A stretch of DNA of 64,000 nucleotides from Longimicrobiales bacterium (GCA_963664435.2 CAXXKM010000002.1:704001-768000), one strand, 5' to 3'. Shown: positions 36,046 through 48,381, counted from the first letter of the stretch. Notes: generated by a model not told the origin, from the letters alone. Numbers and translations are program-made.

Positions 36046-38085
36046 TCAGCTCACCGGGCGGCTGGCGTTCATGACCCAGCGGTCGTACCAGGCGAGGTAG
36101 CGCTCGTAGCGGTCCTTCTGATAGCTGGGGACGCGGATGCCGTGGCTCTGGCCCGGGTAGACCACGAGCTGGGTGGGCACGCCGCGCCGGCGCAGCGCCT
36201 GGTAGAGCTGCTCGGAGTTGAGGATGGGCACGTTCCAGTCGTCCTCGCCGCCCATGATGAGGGTCGGTGTGCTGACCTCGTGCACCTTGTTGAAGGGGCT
36301 GATGCGCTCCCAGTTGTCGCGGTTGTCGCCCTCCCACGGGAGCCCAAGCTCAGCCTCCCACTGCCGCTGGTAGTGGTCGTGCCCGTAATTGGCGATGTAG
36401 AGCACTTCGCTCGCCCCGGTGATGGCGCCCTCGAAGCGGTCGGTCTGGGTGATGACGTAGTTGGTGAGGATGCCGCCGTATGACCAGCCGCCCACGCCCA
36501 GCCGGTCGGGGTCGGTCCAGCCCTGCTCGATGGCGTAGTCGATGCCCGCCATCACGTCCTTGAAGTCGGGGTTGCCCCAGTCGGCCCACAGCGCCGCCGA
36601 GAAGTCCTGCCCGTAGCCCGACGAGCCGCGCGGATTGGTGCGCACGACCACGTAGCCGTGGGCCGCGAAGAGCTGCGACTCGAACTGGAAGGAGTGGCTG
36701 TACTGGGAGACGGGGCCGCCGTGAATGCGCAGGATCGTGGGATAGGCGCGCCCTTCCTCATAGTCGGGCGGGAACGTGACGAACCCCTCGACTTCGATTC
36801 CGCCTTCGGAGGGGAACTGGATGTTGCGGGTTTCGGCGATGTTGACGGTCTGGAGGAAGGCGTCGTTGTGGCCCGTGATGCGGCGCAGCGCGGCGTCGCC
36901 GTCGTCGAAGTCCTCCACGGCGTAGATTTCGCCGGGACGGTCCAGGTAGTTGACCCGGGCCGCGAAGGTGCCGCCGTTCCAGTCGAAGCCCGATGCCGAG
37001 AGCCCGCCGGAAACCGGCCGCTCCAGGTCCGAGCCGTCCGGGCGGATGCGCGCGATGTGGTTTTCAGAGGAGTCCTCGAGCCCGAACCAGATCCATTCGC
37101 CGTCCGGGGAGAAGCGGGGCGAGCGCACATTGCGGTCCAGGTCGGTGGTGAGCAGGCGGGGCTCGCCCCCGTCCGCCGGGACAACCGCGAGGTGCGAGGT
37201 GGCGTACCAGATCAGGTCGGGACGGATGCCGGTGCTGTAGGCGAGCCAGCGACCGTCCGGGCTCCACTGCGGTGAACCGTCGGAGCCGGGGTTGGTGGTG
37301 ACCTGCCGGGGGGAGTCCGTGGGCTCCTCGAGATCCGCGGACACCACCCAGATGTCGTTGTTGGCGTTCAGGTCGGGATCTTCCGTGCGGTTGGAGACGA
37401 ACGCGATCCGGGTTCCGTCCGGGCTCCAGACGCCCAGGGATTCATTCCAGCGTCCCGTGGTGAGCTGCCGCAACTCTTTGGCATCGATCTTGTAGACATA
37501 CAGGTGCGTCATACGTGAGCCGGTCAGGTAGCCGGCGCCGTCCCGCTTGAACTGGATGCGGTCGATGACCCAGGGATCCTGCGGGGCGTTGGGCTTCGCG
37601 TCCTCGTCCTCCTCCTCGGCATCGCGGATGGTGAGGAGGAGACGGGTGCCATCGGGGGACCAGCGATATCCGCTGATGCCCTGCTCGACATCGGTGAGGG
37701 GGAAGGCCTCACCGCCGCGCCGGTCCAGCGCCCATACCTGGGTCGCGTCCCCGTCGCGAGCCGCGGTGAAGGTGAGGTATCGGCCATCCGGGCTCCAGGC
37801 TGGAGAGCCGGCCGACTGCTGGTCGCGCGTGAGCGGGACGGGGTCGCCGCCCGAGACCGGCGCCATGTATACGCGGGTGTAGGAGCGTTCATCCTCCAGG
37901 GAGGTGCGCGAGACCGTATACGCGACCCAGTCGCCCTCGGGGCTGACCACCGGCGAGCCTACGTTCTCGAGCTCGAAGAGGTCGTCGACCGTGATGTTGC
38001 GCCGCTCCTGCGCGACTGCGGCTGGAGGGGCGAGCGCAGCCGCGAAAAGCACGAACCCGAGGGCTGCCGTTACGAGAGCCTTCAT
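36046..38085 (-). CDS. S9 family (acylaminoacyl/prolyl oligo-) peptidase, exported
   Basis: WSPDG propeller repeats, IHGGP, NPRGSSGYG, GWSYGG nucleophile, EDDWNV, QSHG. Confidence 0.93.
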   Translation of the reverse strand: MKALVTAALGFVLFAAALAPPAAVAQERRNITVDDLFELENVGSPVVSPEGDWVAYTVSRTSLEDERSYTRVYMAPVSGGDPVPLTRDQQSAGSPAWSPDGRYLTFTAARDGDATQVWALDRRGGEAFPLTDVEQGISGYRWSPDGTRLLLTIRDAEEEDEDAKPNAPQDPWVIDRIQFKRDGAGYLTGSRMTHLYVYKIDAKELRQLTTGRWNESLGVWSPDGTRIAFVSNRTEDPDLNANNDIWVVSADLEEPTDSPRQVTTNPGSDGSPQWSPDGRWLAYSTGIRPDLIWYATSHLAVVPADGGEPRLLTTDLDRNVRSPRFSPDGEWIWFGLEDSSENHIARIRPDGSDLERPVSGGLSASGFDWNGGTFAARVNYLDRPGEIYAVEDFDDGDAALRRITGHNDAFLQTVNIAETRNIQFPSEGGIEVEGFVTFPPDYEEGRAYPTILRIHGGPVSQYSHSFQFESQLFAAHGYVVVRTNPRGSSGYGQDFSAALWADWGNPDFKDVMAGIDYAIEQGWTDPDRLGVGGWSYGGILTNYVITQTDRFEGAITGASEVLYIANYGHDHYQRQWEAELGLPWEGDNRDNWERISPFNKVHEVSTPTLIMGGEDDWNVPILNSEQLYQALRRRGVPTQLVVYPGQSHGIRVPSYQKDRYERYLAWYDRWVMNASRPVS

Positions 38086-38321
38086 GATGAACTCCTGAAC
38101 CGATGAGTGATGATCCTGACCGTGAGGAGGCAAAGATGAGCGATGAAGCCAGGGGAAACCGGGCGCAGGCAAGAATAACAGCGAGTGAACGGGGGGCGCG
38201 ACCCGAATCGCCCGCGCGCCCGCGGGGCGTGGAGTTCCCGGTGAGCAGGAGCGGATCGGGAGTGTCCGCTGCGGTGGACAGTGCCGGACCCGGGGGTGCT
38301 CGCCGGGTGACGTTTCCGTTC

Positions 38322-38714
38322 ATGCGAGTCATGCTGGCAGCTGCGGTGACCGCCCTCGGCGCAGGCTGCGCCGCGGGCGCCGGGGAGGGAAACCCGGCCA
38401 TCACGCCCGGCCTCGAGGATCAGATCGAGATCCGCATCATCAACAACAACTTCAGCGACGCCCGCATGTACGCGGTGCACCCCCGTGGGCGGGAGTACAT
38501 CGGCATGCTCACCGGGAAGACGGAGGCCAACTACACTCTCGACTGGGACATGTCGCAGACGCTCTCAATCGAGATTTCGCTGCTCGCCGGCGGGACCTGC
38601 ACGACGGAGGAACTGATCGTCGATCCCGGCGAAGCCCTCTTCCTCAGCATCGATTCCACGCTGGCCACGATGACGAACTGCCGGGGGAACGCGACGGGGG
38701 TCGGCGGGGGTTAG
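38322..38714 (+). CDS. Hypothetical lipoprotein
   Basis: [16 protein letters not shown] lipobox; beta-rich body; host-like codon usage; start uncertain. Confidence 0.6.
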   Translation: MRVMLAAAVTALGAGCAAGAGEGNPAITPGLEDQIEIRIINNNFSDARMYAVHPRGREYIGMLTGKTEANYTLDWDMSQTLSIEISLLAGGTCTTEELIVDPGEALFLSIDSTLATMTNCRGNATGVGGG

Positions 38715-40144
38715 TCGCGGTCGGCTGCCAGCCTCAGTGCCCCCAGACGATCTTGTCCCGCTGAGGTAAGGCGAAACCGCTGGTTTACGCTGCTCGGCTT
38801 CTCGGGAATCGTCATCTCGATCCAGCCCTCCTCAAGGCAGGGCTTGAGATACCGCTCACGCAGGTTTCCGAGGTTGCGGAGCCCCAACGCGGTCAGGATA
38901 TCCTTTCGGCTCATGTCGCCCGAGATGGCGAGAAGAAGTTTCTCTCGTGGTGTGAGAACGGACACCGGTGCCGGGACCTCCGGCAAGTCTCCCTTGGGAT
39001 GTGGCTTGGGGTCTTCGACGCCATTGGCGGTCCGGTCATCCCCTTGCCCATGAATCGGCCGACCCGATTGATGCTCCCGCACCTCCCGGTTCCCGAGAAG
39101 TGACAGGTCGTACTGTCTGGACGCAGGTTGTGAAGCCGGTGCGGCAAGTTGGTCCTGTAGAGGGTCACCTCGAAGGACTCTGTGCAGCGCCTCCGGCGTC
39201 TTCGGATTTGGCCAGGGCTTCGCACCACGATCAAGTAGCCGCTCAAGGCCCTCGGAACGCTCGCCGCAAGCGCGAACGTAAACCGACACGAATCTCAGCT
39301 TGTCCAGTTGGCCGGTCGCCCCTGACCAGGTACCCCCATGCCCATAGTCCGAGTTGACCACCAGGGCGGCGTCCGACAGCGCGTAAATGAGCTTGTTGCG
39401 CTGCATGGCGTGGCCCACCAGGAAACGGACGGCCGGATCGTAAGGACAAACCAAAACGAGTCGCCCGTCCATCAGGGCGCCGCGGTTTCCCCGGTTCAGG
39501 GCCGCGCGTTCGAGGCCGTTGGCCAAGACGCCGACCGACCCGCCCCCGGCCTCTAGTGCGCCCCTCATTGCGGCTTGGTCGATTCCACGCGCTCCACCGG
39601 ATATGATCGCCGTTTTCGCTTCAGCGCTGAGTCGACCCACGTTTTCGGCGTACTCGACAAGGTCTTCCTTGACGTTCCGCGAACCGACCACCGCCAGCCC
39701 GCCACGTTCCAGAATCGTGCGATCTCCGCACCCGTAGAGAACTGGCGGGGCGTTTCCTCCCATCCGGGCCTTCAGCCGCCGCGGATAGTCTGGGTCAGCC
39801 CGGGTTACGATCCACAGGGCGCGGGCACGCCACCGTTCAACCGCCTGTGCGAGGAGGAATCCGCGGTCAAGCAGCCGTTGGATTCGTTCGCCGTCCAAGC
39901 CGGCTCGGCATTGGCGCAACACGTTGATAGCCTCACGACCGAGCAAATCGGCAGGCTCCCGTCGGGCGGCCCGAAGCTGCTTGGCGAAATCGCGGTACTC
40001 GGCGGTGCTTAAGGGACGGGGGTTCGCAGAACGGGCATTCCCCTTCACAGTCCGTGGCCGCGACGGGCGCCTGCGGGAGCCCGCGAGCAAAGGCGCGGTC
40101 AGCAGCAGAATCGCCTGCGCGTTTGGGCTTAGGTCGGCGGTCAT
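38711..40144 (-). CDS. dprA: DprA/Smf-family protein with C-terminal Fic-associated-type HTH extension
   Basis: [50 protein letters not shown]; tail [29 protein letters not shown]. Confidence 0.88.
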   Translation of the reverse strand: MTADLSPNAQAILLLTAPLLAGSRRRPSRPRTVKGNARSANPRPLSTAEYRDFAKQLRAARREPADLLGREAINVLRQCRAGLDGERIQRLLDRGFLLAQAVERWRARALWIVTRADPDYPRRLKARMGGNAPPVLYGCGDRTILERGGLAVVGSRNVKEDLVEYAENVGRLSAEAKTAIISGGARGIDQAAMRGALEAGGGSVGVLANGLERAALNRGNRGALMDGRLVLVCPYDPAVRFLVGHAMQRNKLIYALSDAALVVNSDYGHGGTWSGATGQLDKLRFVSVYVRACGERSEGLERLLDRGAKPWPNPKTPEALHRVLRGDPLQDQLAAPASQPASRQYDLSLLGNREVREHQSGRPIHGQGDDRTANGVEDPKPHPKGDLPEVPAPVSVLTPREKLLLAISGDMSRKDILTALGLRNLGNLRERYLKPCLEEGWIEMTIPEKPSSVNQRFRLTSAGQDRLGALRLAADRD

Positions 40145-40590
40145 CAGCTCCCACGCAGTGACGAGAGAGCGAGCGGCCACACCTCGCCGCTTCCGTAATG
40201 GCGCAAGAGCCACGCGGCCACTGCAAAGGTCCAGCGCGAACCGACGATATCGTCCACCAGAAGGACGGACCCAGGCAGTGGCTTTTCGTGCACTTCCAGC
40301 ACGCCGTCGAGGTTGAGTGCCTGTTGCAGGCTGTTGGCCATCGACTTTTGCTCTTCGGGCGCCCTCGTCTGTTGGAGAACCGCGCGAAACGGCAACCCCA
40401 GAGCACGTGCAAGCCTTCGGGCAAAGTCTGGAACCAGGTCCGGGTTCCGGCGCGAGGGAATGCAGGTCACCCACGACGGAGTGGGTTCCGGGTTCCATCG
40501 TTGCATCATCCGGACGCAGGCGTCAACGAGCTCATCGTCGAATCTACTTCCGAGTTTTCCTTGCCGGACCCTCTCGCCCCATCCCCCGTC
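40144..40590 (-). pseudogene. Phosphoribosyltransferase-like domain, probable 3' remnant of a RecQ-PRTase fusion gene
   Basis: GWGERVRQGK...FDDELVDAC...WVTCIPS...[10 protein letters not shown]...[13 protein letters not shown]; stop overlaps the dprA start (TGATG); no in-frame start or helicase domain in the short gap before the amidase gene. Confidence 0.62.
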
Positions 40591-40684
40591 GCGCTTCGCA
40601 CGTCGGATCTCTCGGTCTTGGCCCGTCCCGACATCCGCAAATGTTCGAGAACCAGAGCTGCGACGGGATCGTCGCGTCGAGTCG

Positions 40685-42238
40685 CTAGCGCAGCGCCGGG
40701 GCGCTGGCCGGCGGCCTCCGGTGTCCCGTCGCCTGCTCGAAAGCATAGCCGAAGCGCATCAGCATCCCTTCAGCAAAGGGGCGGCCCAGGAACTCGATTC
40801 CGATGGGAAGGCCGTCCGGGGTGAAGCCGGCGGGGACGGTGACCGCGGGCCAGCCCGTCAGCGGACTGAGCAGGCGGTTGTCGCCGAGCCCGTAGTCGTC
40901 GGCCGGGGAGGGATTGGTCTCGACGTCGGGGGCGATGAGGGATGGCGGGTGGTCGAAGGTGGTGTGCACCAGCGCGTCGAGGCCGTGGTCGGCCATCACC
41001 TGGTAGACATCCTGGCGGAGCTGGTCGCGGGCCAGCATATAGGCCAGGTACCCGGGGTCGCGGGTGGTCTTCCCGAGTGAACCCGCCAGCCCGGTCGCCC
41101 TCCAGGGCGTCACCCGCCCGCTGAGCAGGATGGAGCGCAGGGTCGTGTAGGGCGGGTCGCCGAGTTCCGCCAGGTAGGCGTTGGTGGCGGCCTCGGTCTC
41201 GTGGGAGTTCAAGGAGTAGATGGCGTTGACCCGGTCGACGCCCGGGATGGCGACGTTGTCCACCACTTCGGCGCCCAGCGCACGCAATTGGTCGACGGCG
41301 GCGTCGACGAGCGCGCGCACCTGCCGGTAGCCCTCCGAATCCGTGTCCAGCGCCTGGTCCATGGGATCGCGGATGATGCCGATGCGGGCCCCGTCGAGCC
41401 CATCCTCGGAGAGCCCGTCGCTGTAGGAGTCCGGGACCCGGCCCACCGACACCGCGGTCACCGGGTCGTTGGGGTCGTACCCGGCGATTGCGTCCAGGAG
41501 GATGGCCGCGTCCATGACGGTGCGGGTCATCGGCCCCATGGTGTCGGTGGTGGGGTTGGCGGGCATCATCCCGTATCGGCTGACCAGCTGCAGCGTGGGC
41601 CTGAGCCCGACCAGCGAATGCACCGCCGACGGCCCGCGGATGGAACCGCCGGTGTCCTCTCCGATGCCGATCATCCCCAGGTTGGCGGCCACGCCCGCGC
41701 CCGTTCCGCCGGACGAGCCGCTCGGGTTGCGCCGCGGGTCGTACGGGTTGCGGATGAAGCCGAAACCCGAGCCCACGTAGCGCGAGGCGAACTCGCCCAT
41801 GTTGGTCTTGGCGAGGATGAGCGCGCCCGCGTCCTTCATGCGCGTGACGATGGTGGCATCGCGGGAGGACACGAAGTCGCTGAAGAGCGCCGATCCGTAG
41901 GTGGTCGGCATGCCGCGGGTCTCGACCTGGTCCTTGAGGAGAACCGGGATGCAGTGCAGCGGCCCGCTGAGTCCGCCGGAGGCGAGCGCCTGGTCGAGGC
42001 GGGCGGCCTCGTCGAGGGCGGCGGGGTTCAGGTTGGCGATGGTGTTGAGCCGCGGTCCCTGCTGGTCGTAGGCCTCGATGCGGCCGAGGTAGCCCTGCAC
42101 CAGGTCGACGCAGGTCAGCGCCCCGGAGAGGAATGCGGCGTGCACCTCCGCGATGGTTGCTTCGTCGAGCTGGAAGTCCTGGGCGAATGCGGCGCCGGGG
42201 GCAGCCAGGAGCAGGCTGGCGCCCAGCAGGAGCCTCAT
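40685..42238 (-). CDS. Amidase signature family protein, exported
   Basis: [46 protein letters not shown]. Confidence 0.92.
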   Translation of the reverse strand: MRLLLGASLLLAAPGAAFAQDFQLDEATIAEVHAAFLSGALTCVDLVQGYLGRIEAYDQQGPRLNTIANLNPAALDEAARLDQALASGGLSGPLHCIPVLLKDQVETRGMPTTYGSALFSDFVSSRDATIVTRMKDAGALILAKTNMGEFASRYVGSGFGFIRNPYDPRRNPSGSSGGTGAGVAANLGMIGIGEDTGGSIRGPSAVHSLVGLRPTLQLVSRYGMMPANPTTDTMGPMTRTVMDAAILLDAIAGYDPNDPVTAVSVGRVPDSYSDGLSEDGLDGARIGIIRDPMDQALDTDSEGYRQVRALVDAAVDQLRALGAEVVDNVAIPGVDRVNAIYSLNSHETEAATNAYLAELGDPPYTTLRSILLSGRVTPWRATGLAGSLGKTTRDPGYLAYMLARDQLRQDVYQVMADHGLDALVHTTFDHPPSLIAPDVETNPSPADDYGLGDNRLLSPLTGWPAVTVPAGFTPDGLPIGIEFLGRPFAEGMLMRFGYAFEQATGHRRPPASAPALR

Positions 42239-42518
42239 CGGGCGCGGAGTGCGAGAGCAGGTGCGCGGAGTGCGAGAGCGGGTGCGCGTCTGCCGTGCAA
42301 AGGGAAGCCATCCGGGATTCATCGGCGTTCTCCGGCGGGGCATTGTGGTGGACTTGTGGAAGGGCATCTACGTTCTCTCCTCGTTTCCGGGATGGCAAGC
42401 AAAACCGCTTGCATCCGCTTGCGGCCGGGGCCATGGTGAGACGCCCCGCCACCCGTGGGTGACCGCAACCCGTCTACCATTCGGTATGACCCGGCAAACA
42501 TCGCAGAGACCGGAAAAC

Positions 42519-43439
<921 letters not shown>

Positions 43440-43526
43440 CGCGCCGGCTCCGTCGGCGCCGCCGGTCCCCCGCCGGTCCGGGGTTGGACCTCTCGAGGAG
43501 CGGCCCCCGCGTCCGGGGGTGACCCG

Positions 43527-45830
43527 TCAGCCTCCCGGCGCCAGCACCAGCCGGTTCTCCGCCTGCGCCTCCACTGCCTCGCGCGAGAAGAGCATCGGGA
43601 AGTACTCCCGGTTGGCCCAATCCTCGGTGAGGTTGCCGTAGTAGGGGCTCCCCGGCCGGCCGGACTGTCCCGGCGCGTTGGTAAGCAGCGACCCGTCCAG
43701 GTCGCCGAAGTCGACGATGTGGCGGTAGGTGGCTCCCGTCGCCGCCACCGTGCCCGCGCCCCCGGAGCGCTCCGCCGGGGGCAGGTCGTAGGCGGTGACC
43801 AGCGCGTGCGGGAACTCGTTGCGGTGGTCGCGTCCCCAGCGCCATTGGGCGGGATCGTCGCCCTGGTCGCGCGCGATCCGGTCCAGGGCGGCGGCGAGGG
43901 CTGCTTCCAGCGCGGCCGCTGAATCCCCGCCCCCGTCGCCCGCGACCTGCTGGAGCAAATCCGGGTCGAGGCGGCGGTAGATCGCGGCCGCGCGGCTGTC
44001 GCGGTCGAACACCCCGCTCCAGGCGGCCAGCTCGGCCCGGTAGGACTCCACTTCGGCGTCGCTCGCCGTCCATCCGCCGAAGAGCGCCGCGTGGGCCGCG
44101 CCCGACGCCGAATACGCATCCTGCTGGAGCGCCCGCGAGTCCTCGGGCGTGAAATCGCTGCCCGCGTTCAGCACCTCACGCACACGCGCGAAGCGGGCGA
44201 AGGGCCCGGCGGTCTTGAAGAAGAGCGGCGGGTCGTATCCCGGGGGATGAATGTCGTGGTTGGCGGTTCCCACCCATCCGCGCTCCGGATTGTATTCGGT
44301 GGGAAGATCATCGCGGAAGCCGTCCCACTCGTATTCCCCCGTGCCCGGCACCGGCAGCCGCCCGTGCCAGTTGGGACGGCTCGGCGAGAGCGCCGCGGCC
44401 TGCCAGGCGATGTTCCCGTCCGCGTCGCCGCAGATCATGTTCTCGGTCGGCGCCAGCCAGTAGCGCATCTCCTCCAGAAACGCGCTGCAGTCGGAGACCA
44501 CGTTGAGCCGCAGGCCCGCCAGGTATCCCGTGGTCCCCGGTTGGTGCATGGTCGAGCGCATGGCGTAGGCCAGGTTGTTTTCGGGATCCCGGTGGAAGAT
44601 CGGTCCGTGACGCGAAAACTCGAGCTCCATGGTCACGGGCTCGCCGTCCCTGACCTGGACGGTTTCCGTGATGGTCCGCACCTCCTCCCAGCCATCGCCC
44701 CAGCGCACTTCCTTCGGGTTGTCCGGGTTCACCTGCTCGACGTACACGTCGGACTGGTCGGTGCCGACGATGGTGAGCCCCCAGGCGATGCGCCCGTTGT
44801 GCCCGATCGCCACCCCGGGAAGCACCGGCTCGGTCGAACCGATGGTGGTCCAGCCGGGCGCATCCAGGTGCACCACGTAGCGAAGGGACGGGTTGGTCAC
44901 CCCGCGGTGCGGGTCGTTGGCCACGATCGCATGGCCGCTCGCGGTGCGGCTCCCGTGGATCGCCCAGTTGTTGCTCCCGGGGGAGGTCTCGCGCGCGCCA
45001 AGGTTGAGCGCCATCTCCGACCCCATCCAATCGGTGTAGGGGGCGACCAGCGGCGGGCTGCTCATGGCATTGCGAAATCCCGTCACCCCGGCCAGCACTT
45101 CGCCCGAGATCAGCTCCATGTCGACGCCGTCGGGCACGACCAGGTCCCGCCACGGCGTCGGATTCGCCTGCCGGTTGGCCTCCTCCGCGCCCAGATCGCC
45201 CACCCGCAGCGCCAACTGCAGCTCGCGCCGCACATCCGCCAGAGGCATCGCCGTCTGCATGCGCAGCAGAGGCGTCTCGGCGCTCCAGTATTCGGGCTCG
45301 AGACCCGTGAGCAGGAACTCCACGGGGAGCTCACCCGCCGCCGTGGCGTGATCGATGTACGCATTGATCCCCGCTGCGAAGGCCTCCAGGATGCGCCGGC
45401 CCTCCGGGTGGTAGCTGGTGAACTCGGCGTCGTCGAAGGGGCCCCGGAACATGAGCAGGCGCGCGACGCGGTCGTGCTGCAGCGCCTCCGCGCCCAGCAC
45501 CTCGCTCAGCCGGCCCTCGCCGGCCCTCCGGTACATCTCCATCTGCCAGAGACGGTCCTGTGCCTGGACGAAGCCCTGTGCGAAGAACAGGTCGTCGAGG
45601 CCCGAGGCGTAGATGTGGGGGATGCCCCAGGGATCGCGCAGCACCTCGACTTCGGCCTCGAGCCCCGGGACTTCGATACGCCCATCGATCCGGGGCAACT
45701 GCGCCTGTGCGAGCTCTTCGAAGCTTGCCGTTGGACTCTCCGCGCACGCGCAGACGAAGGCGAGGAAGCCGAATGTGGCGACGGCCACGCCGGGGTGCCG
45801 GGCGAATCCGGAGACACGGATGGGGCTCAT
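43527..45830 (-). CDS. Penicillin acylase family (S45) Ntn-hydrolase, probable lipoprotein
   Basis: RDPWGIPHIYA, AQDRLWQME, GSNNWAI nucleophile, ANDPHR, PGQSG. Confidence 0.93.
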   Translation of the reverse strand: MSPIRVSGFARHPGVAVATFGFLAFVCACAESPTASFEELAQAQLPRIDGRIEVPGLEAEVEVLRDPWGIPHIYASGLDDLFFAQGFVQAQDRLWQMEMYRRAGEGRLSEVLGAEALQHDRVARLLMFRGPFDDAEFTSYHPEGRRILEAFAAGINAYIDHATAAGELPVEFLLTGLEPEYWSAETPLLRMQTAMPLADVRRELQLALRVGDLGAEEANRQANPTPWRDLVVPDGVDMELISGEVLAGVTGFRNAMSSPPLVAPYTDWMGSEMALNLGARETSPGSNNWAIHGSRTASGHAIVANDPHRGVTNPSLRYVVHLDAPGWTTIGSTEPVLPGVAIGHNGRIAWGLTIVGTDQSDVYVEQVNPDNPKEVRWGDGWEEVRTITETVQVRDGEPVTMELEFSRHGPIFHRDPENNLAYAMRSTMHQPGTTGYLAGLRLNVVSDCSAFLEEMRYWLAPTENMICGDADGNIAWQAAALSPSRPNWHGRLPVPGTGEYEWDGFRDDLPTEYNPERGWVGTANHDIHPPGYDPPLFFKTAGPFARFARVREVLNAGSDFTPEDSRALQQDAYSASGAAHAALFGGWTASDAEVESYRAELAAWSGVFDRDSRAAAIYRRLDPDLLQQVAGDGGGDSAAALEAALAAALDRIARDQGDDPAQWRWGRDHRNEFPHALVTAYDLPPAERSGGAGTVAATGATYRHIVDFGDLDGSLLTNAPGQSGRPGSPYYGNLTEDWANREYFPMLFSREAVEAQAENRLVLAPGG

Positions 45831-45932
45831 GGGCTTCTCCAGGGGGAAGTGTTGCGGCTGGACGCGGTGCCGGAACGCGCGCAGACTACTAGCTTCGGGA
45901 CGTAACCGGGTCCACGCAAACCGGAATACTCG

Positions 45933-46574
45933 ATGAACTGCGATTCCAGGCCGATGAAGTGCACTTCGTCGGCGTACGCACTCGCTTCAGGATTCCTTCT
46001 TCTGGGCGGGATCTCGTTTTCCGCGCCGCAGGTCGTGCATGCCCAGGACCCGGGGATGGGCTTCGAACATCTTGCGGGCGTCGATGTCGTCCTCGCCTTC
46101 GACGATCCCACCGCCAATCGCGTGCTGGAAGCGGCGTTCCAGGAATCGCTCGGACGCCGGATGGGCATCAACCTGCTCGCCACTGCGCAGCCGGATGCGC
46201 TGTCGGTGGTGGCGGTGGCGACCTGCGTGCCTCAGGACTGCGCGAGCGCCGAGTTCTACTCCGTGGCGCTTCTGCTGTCGAATCACTACGACGCCACCTG
46301 GGCCATCGAACTGCTCTCGCACGAGTCCCAGGAGCTCGCGGACCTCTACGCCCCGCGGGTCGCCGAGCTGATGGAGCCGCTCGGCATGTGGGCGGAGGCC
46401 TGGCGCCCCGGCGAATACCGGACGCAGGTGGACACCTTCGTGGATCGGCTTGAAGCCCGGTGTTTCGGGCCGGCCCTGGCCAGGCGCGGCATCGTTGCGG
46501 CGATGGCGATCGGGGACAGCGCCCGCGCCCGCCAGCTGGACCAGGTGGCCAGCGACGAACGGGCGCTCTGTTAG
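45933..46574 (+). CDS. Hypothetical exported protein
   Basis: Signal-like N-terminus ending HA-Q; fills the gap between flanking genes; no family recognised. Confidence 0.55.
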   Translation: MNCDSRPMKCTSSAYALASGFLLLGGISFSAPQVVHAQDPGMGFEHLAGVDVVLAFDDPTANRVLEAAFQESLGRRMGINLLATAQPDALSVVAVATCVPQDCASAEFYSVALLLSNHYDATWAIELLSHESQELADLYAPRVAELMEPLGMWAEAWRPGEYRTQVDTFVDRLEARCFGPALARRGIVAAMAIGDSARARQLDQVASDERALC

Positions 46575-46584
46575 GTGGCCGGGG

Positions 46585-47769
46585 CTACGCGCCCGCCGCC
46601 CTCCACGCATCCAGGACCTCGCGCTCCCGCTCACGGTTCATGCCGGCGCGCCGGTTGAGGCGCTCCTCTTCGGGCCGGGTCCTGTCCCAGTCCACGGTGT
46701 CGCGGCTGGTCACCGCCAGCGGGCGGAAGCTGAGGCCGGTGGCGAGCGCGCGGTCGATGTCGACGTACATCAGGTCGGCTCCGGGCGCCCACGCCGGCAG
46801 GTCGCCGAAGGGCCTCACCCCCTGCGCCTCCAGGAAGTCCTCCGGCACCCAGGTGAACTCGACCGGCGTCGAGGTGGCCGCGCGAATGCCGTAGAGCATC
46901 TCGGCCATCGACATGCGGGCGGCCGGACCGGTGGCGTTGAAGTCGCCGGCGACGCCCTCCTCGGCCAGTCGTACGATCCACTCGGTGATGTCGCGCTGGT
47001 CGATGATCTGGTTGGCGTGCTCCGGGTTGCCGGGTGCGAGCACCTCGCCGCCCTCGAAGATGCGCAGCGGCCAGTAGGTGAAGCGGTCCGTCCGGTCGCC
47101 CGGTCCTACGATCAGGCCCGGCCGCACGATGGTGGCGCGGCCCGGGAAGGCTTCGTGAGCGATGTCCTCGCTCAGCGCCTTCATGAGCCCGTAGTGGGCT
47201 TCGTCCCCGTCCTGCCAGCCTTCGGGGGGCGTAAAGCGCGCCGAGTCCTCGTCGATGAGGTGCTCATACAGGACGCGGTCCTTGTGCTCGTACGCGAGTC
47301 CGGGGCTGAGATAGGCCGAAATCGACGAGACGAAGATGTATTGCTCCGCGGCGTCCCGCAGCAGCTCCGTGCTCAGCTGCGCCCAGCGGTAGTTCTGCGT
47401 GTTGTTGTCGAGCACGACATCCCAGTTGCGGCCCTCGAGGGCGGCCAGGTCGCCGTTGCGGTCGCCGACGAGGTGCTCCACGTCCGGGAGGTCGGCCTGC
47501 GCGCGCCCGCGCGTGAAGATGGTCACCTCGTGGCCACGCTCGACCGCGTAGCGAACCATGTGCGGGCCGATGAAGCCGGTGCCGCCCAGGATGAGGAGCC
47601 TCTTCGGCGACGGAGCCTGCTGGGGCCGCGGGCCGGATTCGTCGCCGGCACGACGCGCGGGCGGGCCGCTGATGGAGGCGAGGCTGACGCCGGGGGCGCC
47701 GAGCCCGAGTCCCAGTCCGGCCCCGGCGATGCCGGTCGTGCGCAGGAAATCCCGGCGTGTCGGGTTCAT
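46585..47769 (-). CDS. NAD-dependent epimerase/dehydratase (atypical SDR), Tat-exported
   Basis: MNPTRRDFL; ILGGTGFIG, FVSSISAY, YGLMKA, RPGLIVGPGD. Confidence 0.9.
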   Translation of the reverse strand: MNPTRRDFLRTTGIAGAGLGLGLGAPGVSLASISGPPARRAGDESGPRPQQAPSPKRLLILGGTGFIGPHMVRYAVERGHEVTIFTRGRAQADLPDVEHLVGDRNGDLAALEGRNWDVVLDNNTQNYRWAQLSTELLRDAAEQYIFVSSISAYLSPGLAYEHKDRVLYEHLIDEDSARFTPPEGWQDGDEAHYGLMKALSEDIAHEAFPGRATIVRPGLIVGPGDRTDRFTYWPLRIFEGGEVLAPGNPEHANQIIDQRDITEWIVRLAEEGVAGDFNATGPAARMSMAEMLYGIRAATSTPVEFTWVPEDFLEAQGVRPFGDLPAWAPGADLMYVDIDRALATGLSFRPLAVTSRDTVDWDRTRPEEERLNRRAGMNREREREVLDAWRAAGA

Positions 47770-47785
47770 CGTGTTTTCTCCCCGG

Positions 47786-48241
47786 CTACTGACGCGTCAG
47801 CGAGCCTGAAAGGATTACGCGCCCGCAGAAGTCCGTGTCGGCATGCTCCGAGACCTCCGCGCTTCTTCCGAAAAACCTAACGGTTGAACTGAGCGTCCTG
47901 GTGGGCCCGCAGAACTCCTCGTTGACCGAGGCGGAAAAGCCTCCGCCCGTCAACTCCAGGAATCCGGTGGCGTCCAGTGTTCCGGTAACGGCGGGGATCG
48001 TAGCGCTTCCGCCGGCAGCCTGGACCTCGCCTGTAACCGTCACGCTTTCCCCGGCCTGCTCCACGACGACGATCAGCGATCCCTGTATGCCCTGCTGGTT
48101 CAGCAGGAACTGGACGATGAACGATCCGGTGTAGGTGCCCGCGACATCGGGAATCGGCCCGGTCGGCTCATCGTCGCCGCATGCCGCCCCGACGAGCACG
48201 AGGACAGCTGTCGCAAGGCCTCTTCGCCATGGCTGCGTCAT
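47786..48241 (-). CDS. Hypothetical lipoprotein
   Basis: MTQPWRRGLATAVLVLVGAAC-GDD lipobox; DVAGTYTGS; two Cys in the C-terminal half. Confidence 0.65.
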   Translation of the reverse strand: MTQPWRRGLATAVLVLVGAACGDDEPTGPIPDVAGTYTGSFIVQFLLNQQGIQGSLIVVVEQAGESVTVTGEVQAAGGSATIPAVTGTLDATGFLELTGGGFSASVNEEFCGPTRTLSSTVRFFGRSAEVSEHADTDFCGRVILSGSLTRQ

Positions 48242-48381
48242 GATCGTGTCCGACCTCCTCTCGCGTACACCGGTTGTGCGCCCGTCGCCTGCACCGAAAA
48301 GCCTAGCTGCGGGATGGTCGGGCTGCAACGGCTTCGAGCGGGGCTGGACGTTCCGCTGGCGGCTCACCATGGTGCCGGGAC

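Noticed and set aside
42242..42288. 21-bp tandem duplication gcgcggagtgcgagagc(a/g)ggt at the amidase 5' end
   Set aside because: Two adjacent copies without spacers; likely slippage, not CRISPR.
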